Shown here: piece by piece, positions 1-9,527 of the stretch
Layout of the letters: each line of letters starts with the position of its first letter
Position numbering within the stretch: the first letter of the stretch is position 1
Sequence record: MZ443771.1
Direction: 5' to 3' (one strand)
Length of the DNA: 64,000 bases
The notes under the pieces: model-generated
Database searches by the model: none
Told to the model about the DNA's origin: nothing
Seen by the model: the letters and a program-made list of their open reading frames with translations, nothing else
Translations under genes and position numbers: made by a program

Positions 1-27
1 TCTTTTCTCAATCTGGACTATCCCACA

Positions 28-2559
28 ATGGCGAAAACGAACAACAAGGCCGAGAAAAAGGCAGAGAAGAAAGCTAAAGTCAAAGCCAAGAAAAGTGGCG
101 CATCGGCTGTAGCTTCTGACGATATCGGCGGCGTAGAGGTCATGGGCTTTGACCTTGCGAGTTTGATGGACGATGTGCTTGACGGCATCGAAAAGAAAAC
201 GAAAGTAAGCTCTCAGGATGCAGCACGTCACGCACCTCGTATTTCTACTGGTTGCCTTGCGCTTGACATGTACCTGTCTGGTGGTATTGTACCGGGCGGT
301 TGGTATACGTTCAGCGGCGGTGAGCAGTCGTGCAAGTCAACAATGACCATGAGTATCATGGCGAGCCTGATTCGTCTGCATTACTCTGGCATTAGTGTAG
401 TGTTCGACTACGAAGGTTCAACCGATGCAGAGTACGTTGCTGGTCAGTTGAAGACGTTCGGCGTTAAAGTTGATCCGAAGACAATCTTCGGTGTGCGTGA
501 CGACGAAGACGGTAGTTGGATCGTTAAGCCTAAGATCCGTTACTATGCACCAGACAACGGTGAGCGCTTCTTCGATTATATGTCGATGCTGCGTCGTCGT
601 CTGCCTGACAAGATCGTTGAGAAAGACGGCTCTGCGTACTACATCTTTGAGAACAACAAAGAGAACGCGAAGAAGCTGGCTGGCAAGTACGACAAGAAAT
701 GGTTCAGTCGTAACAACCAGTTCAAAGTCGCTGCGCCTGACGGTCACATGCAAGCGATGGTTATCGTTGACTCTTATCCGGCAATGCTGCCTGATCAGGT
801 CGATGATGATGACGGTTCGAAAGCAATGGCGCTGCAAGCGCGTATGTTCTCTGACGGCATCAAACGTTTCCGTGGCGGTATGCGTCGTAAGATGATGACC
901 ATCGTTGGCGTTAACCAGTTGCGTCAGAAACCTGCTGTAATGTTCGGCAGCCCTGAGTATGAGCCCGGTGGCGATGCGTTGAAGTTCTACTGCTTCGACC
1001 GTGATACTCAGATTCGTACTAATCACGGTGTGCTGACTGCACCTCAGATCAAAGAGCTGTTGGACAACGGCACTGAGGTGAGCGTTGAGTCGTTCGATGG
1101 CTACCAGAAGATCAATGGTGCGTGGAAAGTTGAAGACGCTCCGTTCCCAATCGAACTGAACGCTGGTGGACACGCATACGTTGGTAGCGCTGAACACCGC
1201 CAGTTTACTTTCATGTTCGACACAACTGCTGATGGTATGGCCGTGCTGCGTCCTGAGTGGAATACGCTCAACCAGCTTGCTCAGTACCCAGAGCAGAAAG
1301 GTCAGTATGCAGCACTGCGCGTACCGCCTGTGAAAGAACTGAAAGAGAACGTGCCTGATGCGTTTGATGAAGCAAGCCAGCTCGTTAGTAACCTGCTTGG
1401 TAATGCTGACTTCGAAAGCGTACAACTGCCTCTGGCATCTTTCGGTGATACCACGTTCGCAGCGAACGTACTGACCACCAATATGATTGGCGATCAGGAC
1501 GATGTTCACACGTTCTCTTTGTGGGCACGTCACCTGCTGTCTATCGGTATCTACGCGTATGCTGACGAAAGCGGTCTGCACATTCCGGGTCTGAACAAAC
1601 ATGAACTGGAAGCGGCTGTAGCGCAAGACGAACTCGGTGCGTTTGCTGGTATCAGCTTCGAAGCCACCAGCCGTCAACGTCAAACGCAGATGCTGTCTGT
1701 TATCGCTGACGTGTTCCCTGAACTGACTCGCTACGTTTTGGACTATCAGTTGCAGACAGGTCAGGATAAAATCTATCTGGGCCCAGAACAAGACTTCGCT
1801 CAGGCACTCGATCTGATTCTGCACAAACAGATTGAAGGTTACGATGACCTGTACGATCTGCTGATGCAGCAACTGGCCTACGTTGAAGACTGGTACAACT
1901 TCGACAACTCAATCGTTCCTGTTCCGTTCACGCTGAAAGCTATCGTGAATCCGACTGAGTTCTGGGATGTGAACGTTGCCGAAACGTCTGTGGTGATCAC
2001 TAACGGCTTCGTCAGTCACAACTCTGACGTGCGTGTGCGTCTGGCCTCTCGTGCTGTTCCTGAAGGTTGGCCGAAACTCAAAGACGCTCCAGGCATCGTT
2101 GGTGAGAAGTCTGTTACTGTCGAAGGCGGCACTGACCGCTATCGTTTCATTGCTGCTAAGACCATCAAGAACAAGATGGGTGGCATCCCTAACCAGAGCA
2201 CTTGGCTGCGCTTGTGGGAAGCTGACGGCAACGGTGAAGCGCGCGGCTTTGACCCAGTGTTTGATACGTGGCACTATCTGAAAACTCTCGGCCTGATTAA
2301 CGGTACTCGTAAGAGCTTCAAGATCAAAGCGCCTTGCCCGCTCGCATCTGATGTTAAGATGGACTGGGATGACTTCCGTACTCTCATCAACGGCAGCAAG
2401 ACTCAGGTTGTCGATGTGTGTAAGAAACTGAAAGTCAAACCTGCTGGCTTGCGTCTGTGGTGCTTCAAGTTCGTGCAGTCCACCAAGGGCAACGAGATGT
2501 TGAAGAACGCTATCAGTAAGTCGGCGAAGTCTTCTAACGACGATGACGACGACGAGTAA
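28..2559 (+). CDS. recA: RecA/UvsX-like recombinase precursor containing an intein
   Basis: Walker A-like GGEQSCKST, Walker B VIVDS, QARMFSDGI, NQLRQK..MFGSPEYEPGGDALKFY|SDVR (RecA core motifs interrupted by a 344-aa insert); Lys-rich N-tail, acidic C-tail. Confidence 0.9.
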   Translation: MAKTNNKAEKKAEKKAKVKAKKSGASAVASDDIGGVEVMGFDLASLMDDVLDGIEKKTKVSSQDAARHAPRISTGCLALDMYLSGGIVPGGWYTFSGGEQSCKSTMTMSIMASLIRLHYSGISVVFDYEGSTDAEYVAGQLKTFGVKVDPKTIFGVRDDEDGSWIVKPKIRYYAPDNGERFFDYMSMLRRRLPDKIVEKDGSAYYIFENNKENAKKLAGKYDKKWFSRNNQFKVAAPDGHMQAMVIVDSYPAMLPDQVDDDDGSKAMALQARMFSDGIKRFRGGMRRKMMTIVGVNQLRQKPAVMFGSPEYEPGGDALKFYCFDRDTQIRTNHGVLTAPQIKELLDNGTEVSVESFDGYQKINGAWKVEDAPFPIELNAGGHAYVGSAEHRQFTFMFDTTADGMAVLRPEWNTLNQLAQYPEQKGQYAALRVPPVKELKENVPDAFDEASQLVSNLLGNADFESVQLPLASFGDTTFAANVLTTNMIGDQDDVHTFSLWARHLLSIGIYAYADESGLHIPGLNKHELEAAVAQDELGAFAGISFEATSRQRQTQMLSVIADVFPELTRYVLDYQLQTGQDKIYLGPEQDFAQALDLILHKQIEGYDDLYDLLMQQLAYVEDWYNFDNSIVPVPFTLKAIVNPTEFWDVNVAETSVVITNGFVSHNSDVRVRLASRAVPEGWPKLKDAPGIVGEKSVTVEGGTDRYRFIAAKTIKNKMGGIPNQSTWLRLWEADGNGEARGFDPVFDTWHYLKTLGLINGTRKSFKIKAPCPLASDVKMDWDDFRTLINGSKTQVVDVCKKLKVKPAGLRLWCFKFVQSTKGNEMLKNAISKSAKSSNDDDDDE
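991..2022 (+). mobile_element. Intein (344 aa) in RecA-like gene
   Basis: Starts Cys (CFDRDTQIRT), block B-like SAEH, ends VITNGFVSHN followed by Ser; removal restores ALKFY-SDVRVR. Confidence 0.93.
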
Positions 2560-2566
2560 CACACGC

Positions 2567-2597
2567 GGGAGGGCTTCGGCTCTCCCATCTTTTGTTT
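2567..2597 (+). terminator. Intrinsic terminator
   Basis: GGGAGGGC-TTCG-GCTCTCCC then T-rich tract just after recA stop. Confidence 0.8.
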
Positions 2598-2609
2598 GAG
2601 GAGAATGTA

Positions 2610-3038
2610 ATGCGCACTCAAATCTTTACCGCTGATATCCTTAATCTGGAAACAGTGACTGTCAACGAAGAAGACGGTAGTGAAGTTCGTACACCCACTA
2701 TCGTGCCTAACGTTGAAGGCGAACCTGAGTTTAACATCTACACCATTCAGTCTCTGATTCAGTCAACAACTACCGGCGAGCCTGTGTCTGACACGCGCCT
2801 GATTGTGTTGATCACACCTGACCTGCTGGCGGGCTTCTCTACTAACGGTCTGGAAAACTACTTCGACCCTATTGCTCGCGTCGAAGATATCGCTGCTGGT
2901 AACGTCGGTAGCGTCCTCGGAAAACAGGTTGTTATCAACGACAAGTCTGTTGCGCCGTGTCTTGCAGTAGCAAACGTTAGCGATGTTGAAGAGGGTGTCA
3001 CAATCCTCGCGTACAGCGCCGCGCAGGTAAAACTGTAA
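2610..3038 (+). CDS. Hypothetical protein
   Basis: SD GAGGAG before ATG 2610; biased codon use; no motif recognised. Confidence 0.8.
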   Translation: MRTQIFTADILNLETVTVNEEDGSEVRTPTIVPNVEGEPEFNIYTIQSLIQSTTTGEPVSDTRLIVLITPDLLAGFSTNGLENYFDPIARVEDIAAGNVGSVLGKQVVINDKSVAPCLAVANVSDVEEGVTILAYSAAQVKL

Positions 3039-3092
3039 ATACTGATTAACAACCGAACACAAATGCTGTGTGTAGTCTCGCCCGTCTTGGGC

Positions 3093-3123
3093 ATGGGAGA
3101 GCCGGATGGCCTCCCATTTTTTT
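3093..3123 (+). terminator. Intrinsic terminator
   Basis: ATGGGAG..GCC-GGAT-GGC..CTCCCAT then T run. Confidence 0.7.
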
Positions 3124-3139
3124 ATTCTGAGGAATTTTT

Positions 3140-4213
3140 ATGAGCCAGCATAAAACTGAATTGTGGGATGAAGCTCTAGGCGGTGCACTGTCTGCTAAAT
3201 ACAATCAAACGGCTGAGTACGTCCCCGTGATTCGTAGCGTCAATGCACGACTCGTCGAGGAGATTGCTCCATTCCGTAGACGGCTTGTTGCGGGGTTTGA
3301 AAAGTTCCTGACTGACGCTAAAGGTAAGATTGAATACTTCGGTCCTTCACTCGAACAGTTCGCGTTATGGCTACAGCCGAACGGTAACTTCCAAAAGTCT
3401 GACTATGATATTGCTGTATTGTCTCATACGCATACCCATTTCTTTTGGCAGTATACCCGAGCAGAGTTTGAGTTCGAAGAAGAAGTGATGGAGCATATCA
3501 TCGAATCAGAAACACCTACCAAGATACCAGCGTCAATCATCAAGCAACTTCCTTACTGGACTCAATGGGTACGCGCACCTATAGGCGTTGATATCACAGG
3601 GGAACCTGCTGCATCTCAAGGCGCTAACCTGCACTTCTTTGGCGCTCTTGTGAGTTATTTGCGCTACGACAATAAAACGTTTCTGAATCTAAACGCGCCT
3701 GTGTTTACTGAGCGTGGGGATTGGAAAGACCCAGCGCTTATGGCTGCTAACGTTCGCGTGTGCATTGATGATGACATTGACTTCACCGACCCGAATACAA
3801 TCATTCCTTATATGCAGGGTACGCATGAAAATTTGAGTGAGGAAATGAAACAAAAGATATTCGGTGCTGTGCGTGAATGGGCGCCGAAGATGATCAGTTG
3901 TGTGTTGTTCTTGTGCTCCCAGCAAGAAGCAGTATACAAACAGGGTGCAGTGCAGCAAGCAGTTCGCCGTAAAGGCAACAACTATAAAATGCAAGCGCTG
4001 TCCAAATCGAAACAGTTTACTGTCGGCGGCGAGTTCGTTGACCAAATACGTGAGTACGAAGCTGACGCTATGCGCTCTGCATCATGGCAGCGCCGTGCTC
4101 ATATCAGACGTGGGCACTATCACCACTTCTGGACAGGGCCAAAAACAGGTGAGCGTAAACTCATTTGCAAATGGCTTCCACCGAGCATTGTTCGCGGTAC
4201 TGCCGCAGAGTAA
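3140..4213 (+). CDS. AcrVA2/FinQ-family-like protein
   Basis: C-terminal RRAHIRRGHYHHFWTG...KWLPPSIV plus W..T...F.FEEEV...IP.SI...LP.W..WV and LFLC segments match AcrVA2 as recalled from memory. Confidence 0.7.
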   Translation: MSQHKTELWDEALGGALSAKYNQTAEYVPVIRSVNARLVEEIAPFRRRLVAGFEKFLTDAKGKIEYFGPSLEQFALWLQPNGNFQKSDYDIAVLSHTHTHFFWQYTRAEFEFEEEVMEHIIESETPTKIPASIIKQLPYWTQWVRAPIGVDITGEPAASQGANLHFFGALVSYLRYDNKTFLNLNAPVFTERGDWKDPALMAANVRVCIDDDIDFTDPNTIIPYMQGTHENLSEEMKQKIFGAVREWAPKMISCVLFLCSQQEAVYKQGAVQQAVRRKGNNYKMQALSKSKQFTVGGEFVDQIREYEADAMRSASWQRRAHIRRGHYHHFWTGPKTGERKLICKWLPPSIVRGTAAE

Positions 4214-4261
4214 TAGCTCTTTTCTAAACTCCACGTATGGGCGTTATGCCCGGAGGTTAAT

Positions 4262-5020
4262 ATGTCCCGTGTACAAACTCTATGGATTCCAGATATGGAA
4301 TCGTATGAACCTTATGTCCGTTCTCTGTGTCATATGGCGCGAGCGCTGGAAAACAATGGCCTGAACTATGGTAAGTTGAAACGCGTAGTTGTTATCGGCC
4401 TGTCGAAACGCAGTGTTGAGTCTTACGTTAAACAACTGCTTAACTCTAACACTCTGCCTAACACTCTCGTCTGTTTCGGTATCGACGAAGCGCCTGACAG
4501 CCACAAAGAATTTTCGTTCATCGGCTCGCATGTTGTGTTGATGCACGACCTGACGTATGCCGGTGACAATGCGATGCACCGTGTGTCTCAACGTGTTCTC
4601 GAAATAATCCTGAGCTTGAAGCCTAAGCCACAAGACACTGAGCTTAAAAACGGTGCGCTGTCTCTCGTATACCAGAATCCTATGCTCTGGTCATTCATAC
4701 GTGACACTGGCTCAAGTATGTACGGACACAGCCGTCACATTCAATACGCAGAAGGGATCGCATCGACTGTCGGCGTAGATCAACTAATGTCCTGCGAGAA
4801 CAACGAGGACTTCCATAAGCTCCATGCGCAGACAATCACAATCGGCCAAGAGTTCTTCTACGTTAAGACCTCAGAACTGCTGTCAAGGTTAGGCAGTCTT
4901 AGTTGGTCGCTCGGCTGCATAAACAGTGAGTTCAGAGCCGACTATAAAATCGTGCTGCATGAGGATCTGCGCATACCAATCTTCGAAGAATTTCTGTTAG
5001 GTGACTTCGGGGGCTTTTAA
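4262..5020 (+). CDS. Hypothetical protein
   Basis: 252-aa ORF, SD GGAGG upstream. Confidence 0.75.
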   Translation: MSRVQTLWIPDMESYEPYVRSLCHMARALENNGLNYGKLKRVVVIGLSKRSVESYVKQLLNSNTLPNTLVCFGIDEAPDSHKEFSFIGSHVVLMHDLTYAGDNAMHRVSQRVLEIILSLKPKPQDTELKNGALSLVYQNPMLWSFIRDTGSSMYGHSRHIQYAEGIASTVGVDQLMSCENNEDFHKLHAQTITIGQEFFYVKTSELLSRLGSLSWSLGCINSEFRADYKIVLHEDLRIPIFEEFLLGDFGGF

Positions 5021-5093
5021 GAATATTCTTAGCCTGCTCTCTAATTTCTATATGTTGGCAAGTAGTGCTGACGTATCGTTATTGGAGAATAAC

Positions 5094-5354
5094 ATGTGCG
5101 AACGTAGCCATCTGCGGTTGAAGTACCTCGCACGGTCATCGAACTGGTGCAATAATAAAGTAAACGCTTGTAGTGAGCGGAAGGCGAGAGATGTTCAGTG
5201 CGAAGAATTTTTGGCTGCGACCAAAGATTGTCGTTCGATTCAGAACTCGTCCAGTGTTGTTTCTTTCTTCTCTGGCCAAGAGCTTGTTGGTCAGGCTATC
5301 TGGCGTGAGATAGAGGGAGACAACATGCTTCAATTCCGGTTGCTACTTGCTTAA
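5094..5354 (+). CDS. Possible small hypothetical protein
   Basis: SD GGAG then ATG 5094; fills gap before terminator; atypical composition. Confidence 0.4.
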   Translation: MCERSHLRLKYLARSSNWCNNKVNACSERKARDVQCEEFLAATKDCRSIQNSSSVVSFFSGQELVGQAIWREIEGDNMLQFRLLLA

Positions 5355-5358
5355 CGAC

Positions 5359-5396
5359 AAAAGGGCTTTCAGAGAAAATCTGATGGCCCTTTTCTT
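5359..5396 (+). terminator. Intrinsic terminator
   Basis: AAAAGGGC...TCAGA-GAAAA-TCTGA...GCCCTTTT hairpin with T tract. Confidence 0.7.
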
Positions 5397-5449
5397 ATTC
5401 TATTGCTAATTTTCATCGACAAACACACTAACCGAATCTGAGGTAATTT

Positions 5450-7090
5450 ATGTCTTTGATTTCACTTAAAGGCGTAGCGTCCACATCTGCCCCTACCAAA
5501 GCGCAGAAAGATGCTGCTGTCTATATGTTTGGCTCTAAGGGCCATTCAATCGTTGCTGTGCTCGACAAATTCAGTCGTGCGAAAGAGCTACGCACCGCAC
5601 ACGTTGACGGTATGCTCAAGATGATGAAAGAAGGTGAAGATGACGAGATCATCAAGTTCACCGAGTCTGCTGCGGGTCGTAAGGCAATCGCTGCTGCTAA
5701 AGCATTCGCCGTAGCTAAAACGCTGACCGCCAGTATCAAAGCGCTGAAACTGATTCGCGTTCCTGTTAAGTGGGTAGCTGGTCATTCAGACGCGGCTGCT
5801 GCGCGTATCACCGAGACAAAAGAGATTCGTGCTCGCAAGTCTGCTGCTGGTAAAGCAGAGAAGCCGATCAAGCTCGACAACCCGGGCGCACCTGAGTCTA
5901 CCACAGTAGACAACAAAGTGATTGACGCGAAGAAAGGTTCTGCAACACCGGCAACCGATGACGTAAGCGTGATTGACCGTGTAGTCAAAAACCCTTCTAT
6001 CAAAAACACGTCTATCATTATCCGCCGCCTCTTTAAAGGCCATGAGACTACATCTTCATTGATGTTCCGCAAGGGTGTCGGTACTCAATCGACGCTTCTG
6101 GGTCTTGGGTCTCACGGCAACGGACACGAGACTGGTGCCGGACTGCTGGTGGCTGCATTCAAAGCTACCGGCATCAAACCTAAGTGGTACTTAGCTGATG
6201 CTGGCGATGCTGCTTTCGATTTAGGTTCTGCTGCAAACGTAACGAAAGTGTTCAAGTGGTTGTCTGCGAGAAAGCCGGGCGAAACTTTTGCTGCCACTGC
6301 GAAGCTGCCTAAATCTGGTAAAGTACCTGCAGGTGCAACGCGTGTTGTGCGCGATCATATCGGCAAGCCTGAGCCTGTGTCGAAAGAAAAACTCGCTTCT
6401 TCGACGTTTGATTTTGTAGGCGTTAAGTCTGCTGCTGGTGGCGCACTTAAACTGCAATTCAAACAACCGAAGAATGACAACGAATGGTCACTGACAATCC
6501 GTCGTGATAAAGACTCTATTACGAGTGACCACGATGGTTCTTCTGGCTACCAGACTGCTGAGTCTTTCCTGCAACGCGGTATTACTGCAATCGGCGGTTC
6601 TGTTGTCGCAGAGCACCAGCAGCCGGGCAGCGCGATCTTCCAGTTTGCGAGCGAAGATCAGGCTAAAGCATATATTGCTTGGCTTAAAAAGCAGAAAGCT
6701 CAAACCATCAACTACAAAACTGAGCCTAAGATCACGGTAACCAAAGCTGCTTCATACACACCGTCAGGTAAAACTGATGTTTCGCTGGTGGATGAAATGG
6801 CAGAAGTACCTGCACGTAAGATCGCAGCCAAGCCTTTGCAGGCGCGTGAAGAATATTTCAATGCTCTGCGCAACATCCTGCAAAATAATCTGCCTAAGTC
6901 AGAAGTGTCCGCAACATCTAACGGTGTTGTCGTAGCGAAAGGTACCAAGATGTACACGATTCGCCTCGAGGACAAAGCGTGGACAATTCAGACTGGCGTT
7001 ACTGGCAAGGCGAAACGTATCGGCGCAACGTTCGATATCGTTGACCTGCTCGGTATGATCGACAAGTCAATTCTGCGTCCCAAAGCGTAA
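5450..7090 (+). CDS. Large Ala/Lys-rich hypothetical protein
   Basis: 546-aa ORF, SD GAGG, own terminator, strongly biased codons. Confidence 0.85.
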   Translation: MSLISLKGVASTSAPTKAQKDAAVYMFGSKGHSIVAVLDKFSRAKELRTAHVDGMLKMMKEGEDDEIIKFTESAAGRKAIAAAKAFAVAKTLTASIKALKLIRVPVKWVAGHSDAAAARITETKEIRARKSAAGKAEKPIKLDNPGAPESTTVDNKVIDAKKGSATPATDDVSVIDRVVKNPSIKNTSIIIRRLFKGHETTSSLMFRKGVGTQSTLLGLGSHGNGHETGAGLLVAAFKATGIKPKWYLADAGDAAFDLGSAANVTKVFKWLSARKPGETFAATAKLPKSGKVPAGATRVVRDHIGKPEPVSKEKLASSTFDFVGVKSAAGGALKLQFKQPKNDNEWSLTIRRDKDSITSDHDGSSGYQTAESFLQRGITAIGGSVVAEHQQPGSAIFQFASEDQAKAYIAWLKKQKAQTINYKTEPKITVTKAASYTPSGKTDVSLVDEMAEVPARKIAAKPLQAREEYFNALRNILQNNLPKSEVSATSNGVVVAKGTKMYTIRLEDKAWTIQTGVTGKAKRIGATFDIVDLLGMIDKSILRPKA

Positions 7091-7096
7091 ACAAAG

Positions 7097-7121
7097 AGGG
7101 TAGCTTCGGCTGCCCTTTTTT
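7097..7121 (+). terminator. Intrinsic terminator
   Basis: AGGGTAGC-TTCG-GCTGCCCT then T run. Confidence 0.85.
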
Positions 7122-7187
7122 ACGTCTGATTGACCTGAAAAGTGACTGTGACTTAACTCAAACTGAGACTGCCCAGAATCTGCGAAG

Positions 7188-7243
7188 TCTGCAAATAACT
7201 GGTCAAAATAGCTCTTTATACGCACACGCGCCCGTGATACAAT
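7188..7243 (+). promoter_or_regulatory. Repeated phage promoter (CTGGWCAAAAT box + extended -10)
   Basis: TCTGCAAATAACTGGTCAAAAT-28nt-TACAAT with TG at extended -10. Confidence 0.75.
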
Positions 7244-7296
7244 ATATGCAGACGCTACACAACGTAGCACATACAACTAATGCTGAGGAGCATACA

Positions 7297-7623
7297 ATGA
7301 AAACTTACAACGCTGAGAACAAACACGAAATCGAAGAATTTGCGGCTGAGATCAACAAACGCATGAAGCGTACCGATGCGAAAGCAATCGTAACCAACGC
7401 CTACGCAGACGACGAGTTTTGTTTGATGGTTGTTGAGTGGGACGCAGAACTAAATGAAGAAACTGGCGAGTGTGGTTACTTCATTGATATCCCGAGCGAA
7501 GACGGCGAAAAGCATCGCATCACCTATGCAGGTGTGCCGCACCCAGAAGATAAAGAGTACGTGTTCTACTTCGACATGTACGAAGAATTGATGCCTGAGA
7601 TTGAACGTCTGAATCTCGCCTAA
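7297..7623 (+). CDS. Acidic hypothetical protein
   Basis: SD GAGGAG before ATG 7297. Confidence 0.8.
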   Translation: MKTYNAENKHEIEEFAAEINKRMKRTDAKAIVTNAYADDEFCLMVVEWDAELNEETGECGYFIDIPSEDGEKHRITYAGVPHPEDKEYVFYFDMYEELMPEIERLNLA

Positions 7624-7676
7624 GCAAATATCTGGTCAAAAGCGCCGTTGCTTGAAGACGTGTGACGGCGTATTAT
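7624..7676 (+). promoter_or_regulatory. Repeated phage promoter
   Basis: GCAAATATCTGGTCAAAAG-28nt-TATTAT; TTGCTT 17 nt upstream of -10. Confidence 0.7.
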
Positions 7677-7725
7677 GTAATCTCTAGCGCAATGACGCGC
7701 TCAACACTGAAAGAGGCAACAAACA

Positions 7726-7971
7726 ATGGCTGAGAAACAAATCGCACTTGACCTGATCGCAGACGTAGCATCGCCAACTGAAATCGTATTTGAAGACGGC
7801 GAGACTTCTACTGAATGGCTTGCGCCTTACGATCTGCGCCTGACTGTGCTGAATGCCAGTGGCCCGAACGGCTACCCCGAAGTGAACATCATCGGCGAAG
7901 AAGATAATCTGCGCCGCTTCTTGGCAGAAAAGCTGCCTGACGTTGACGACTTAGTTGAAGACGTTAACTGA
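7726..7971 (+). CDS. Small acidic hypothetical protein
   Basis: SD GAGG; followed by hairpin 7989-8006. Confidence 0.75.
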   Translation: MAEKQIALDLIADVASPTEIVFEDGETSTEWLAPYDLRLTVLNASGPNGYPEVNIIGEEDNLRRFLAEKLPDVDDLVEDVN

Positions 7972-8033
7972 TCGACAACGCTGACACTGCGGGGTTACGG
8001 CCCCGCTTCTTCTATTCTGCCTGAGATAAAACA

Positions 8034-8540
8034 ATGAAAAATTCATATTTGATTATTCGCATTAACGCCAAAGACATGTATGATCGCCAGTTTTTAATGC
8101 GTGGCTTCAATGCGAAGCGCATTGAGAGAGTCATCGGCGTTATTGCTATTGTTGGCGAAGGTCTGCTGACAGATGAATCTAAGATGTATTACATGGGGCG
8201 TGTAGGCATCGAACTGCTTGAGTCTGATACTCAACAAAACTGGGCGCGTCTTACTTGGGCTGGCGTTGACGAGAAACGCATTGATGCAGGTATGCGCCGT
8301 CTGCCTGCGGAATTGCGCGATAGAATTATGACGATGCGTACTAATCGCATCTACACTGAGGTAGATGTAGCTATACCAGAAGCGTTTCGTGAATGTCACA
8401 CTAAGTTCGTGTACAAGACACGCCCCGAACGTCGCCTCGTTGTGGCATCTGATAAGACAGGTACACTTGACGATTTCTCTGTAGAAGAAATCGTCGCTAA
8501 CCTGAAGAAACGCATTAGCGGCGTCACTATCACTTTCTAA
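8034..8540 (+). CDS. Hypothetical protein
   Basis: 168-aa co-oriented ORF; followed by UACG hairpin 8553-8572. Confidence 0.75.
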   Translation: MKNSYLIIRINAKDMYDRQFLMRGFNAKRIERVIGVIAIVGEGLLTDESKMYYMGRVGIELLESDTQQNWARLTWAGVDEKRIDAGMRRLPAELRDRIMTMRTNRIYTEVDVAIPEAFRECHTKFVYKTRPERRLVVASDKTGTLDDFSVEEIVANLKKRISGVTITF

Positions 8541-8602
8541 TCATCATCTGACTGTGGCGTTACGGCGCCACATACTTCACATTCTAATTGAGAGAACATG
8601 CC

Positions 8603-9217
8603 ATGAACCTCGTAACAACTTTCTTCGTTAAACGCTCTTACGCTTCACTCGCTGCTGGCAGTTTTGCAATCGACGCCAAACACGTTCAAGAATTGATTGA
8701 ATGTGAGTGCATGATCGTACACGTTGATACGGGCCATCGTAATGCGTTCGCCTTGAAGAACATCGCTCTGACGCCTATCGACGAGCACAACGTGCGCGTT
8801 ACGTTCGACCCTCTGACAGACGCACACGCAATGCCGTCTTCTGTCATGCCGAAAGATCTGAAAGGCAGTATTCAAGTCTATGGCATGTACAGTGAAGATC
8901 TGAAAGACGTGCCACGCTTCGACGTGTCAAACGATGCGTCAGGCAACAACCCAAACATTCTGTCACTTGATCTTGAATGCCGCCAGCGCCTGATGCAGTA
9001 TCACGGTGGCATGTGTACGCTGACCGAACTGTGCCTGTCACTCTTTGAGAAAGGCATTCACATTGTCGATATTCATCACAACGTCAAACAGCACGATCAC
9101 GGCGTCGGCGTTTTCACTCAGCGCTATCGCACTGCGTTTGAGCTGAACAAAGACAACGGCATTAAACGCCACAACGATGATTATCCAGTTCTGGCGCGTA
9201 TGACTGTTTTAATGTAA
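8603..9217 (+). CDS. Hypothetical protein
   Basis: Co-oriented ORF; terminator-like hairpin 9227-9250 follows. Confidence 0.75.
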   Translation: MNLVTTFFVKRSYASLAAGSFAIDAKHVQELIECECMIVHVDTGHRNAFALKNIALTPIDEHNVRVTFDPLTDAHAMPSSVMPKDLKGSIQVYGMYSEDLKDVPRFDVSNDASGNNPNILSLDLECRQRLMQYHGGMCTLTELCLSLFEKGIHIVDIHHNVKQHDHGVGVFTQRYRTAFELNKDNGIKRHNDDYPVLARMTVLM

Positions 9218-9266
9218 ACACACAATGCCTCGCAACGTGCGGGGCTTTTTCTATTTGGAGAATGTT

Positions 9267-9527
9267 ATGGTATACGAACGCGAAGAACTTCAAGACATGC
9301 CGCTTGATGTGCTCTACCATCTGGCGTGCGCTAAAGGTCTGCTGGACGATCTCGACGATGAAGACGATGTGCCTGATCGTGAAGTGCTGGTGGGCATGAT
9401 TCTTGATGCGCAGAGCGAAGATGAACAGGCAGAACAAAACGCTGCCGACAAACAACGCGCCGAAGATGATCGCGATCCGCGTATCAATCGTCGTGATGGC
9501 CAAGACGGATCTGAGGACTACTGCTAA
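9267..9527 (+). CDS. Small acidic protein with HeH-like (Rho-N/SAP/LEM-like) module
   Basis: EELQDMPLDVLYHLACAKGL...DREVLVGMILDAQ; SD GGAG. Confidence 0.7.
   Translation: MVYEREELQDMPLDVLYHLACAKGLLDDLDDEDDVPDREVLVGMILDAQSEDEQAEQNAADKQRAEDDRDPRINRRDGQDGSEDYC

Noticed and set aside
418-1872. 484-aa minus-strand ORF (and 1909-2562)
   Set aside because: Antisense shadow of the codon-biased recA/intein gene; no SD or protein-like motifs
1300-1900. LAGLIDADG homing endonuclease within the intein
   Set aside because: No recognisable LAGLIDADG blocks by eye, and the region is acidic; left as unknown pending HMM search
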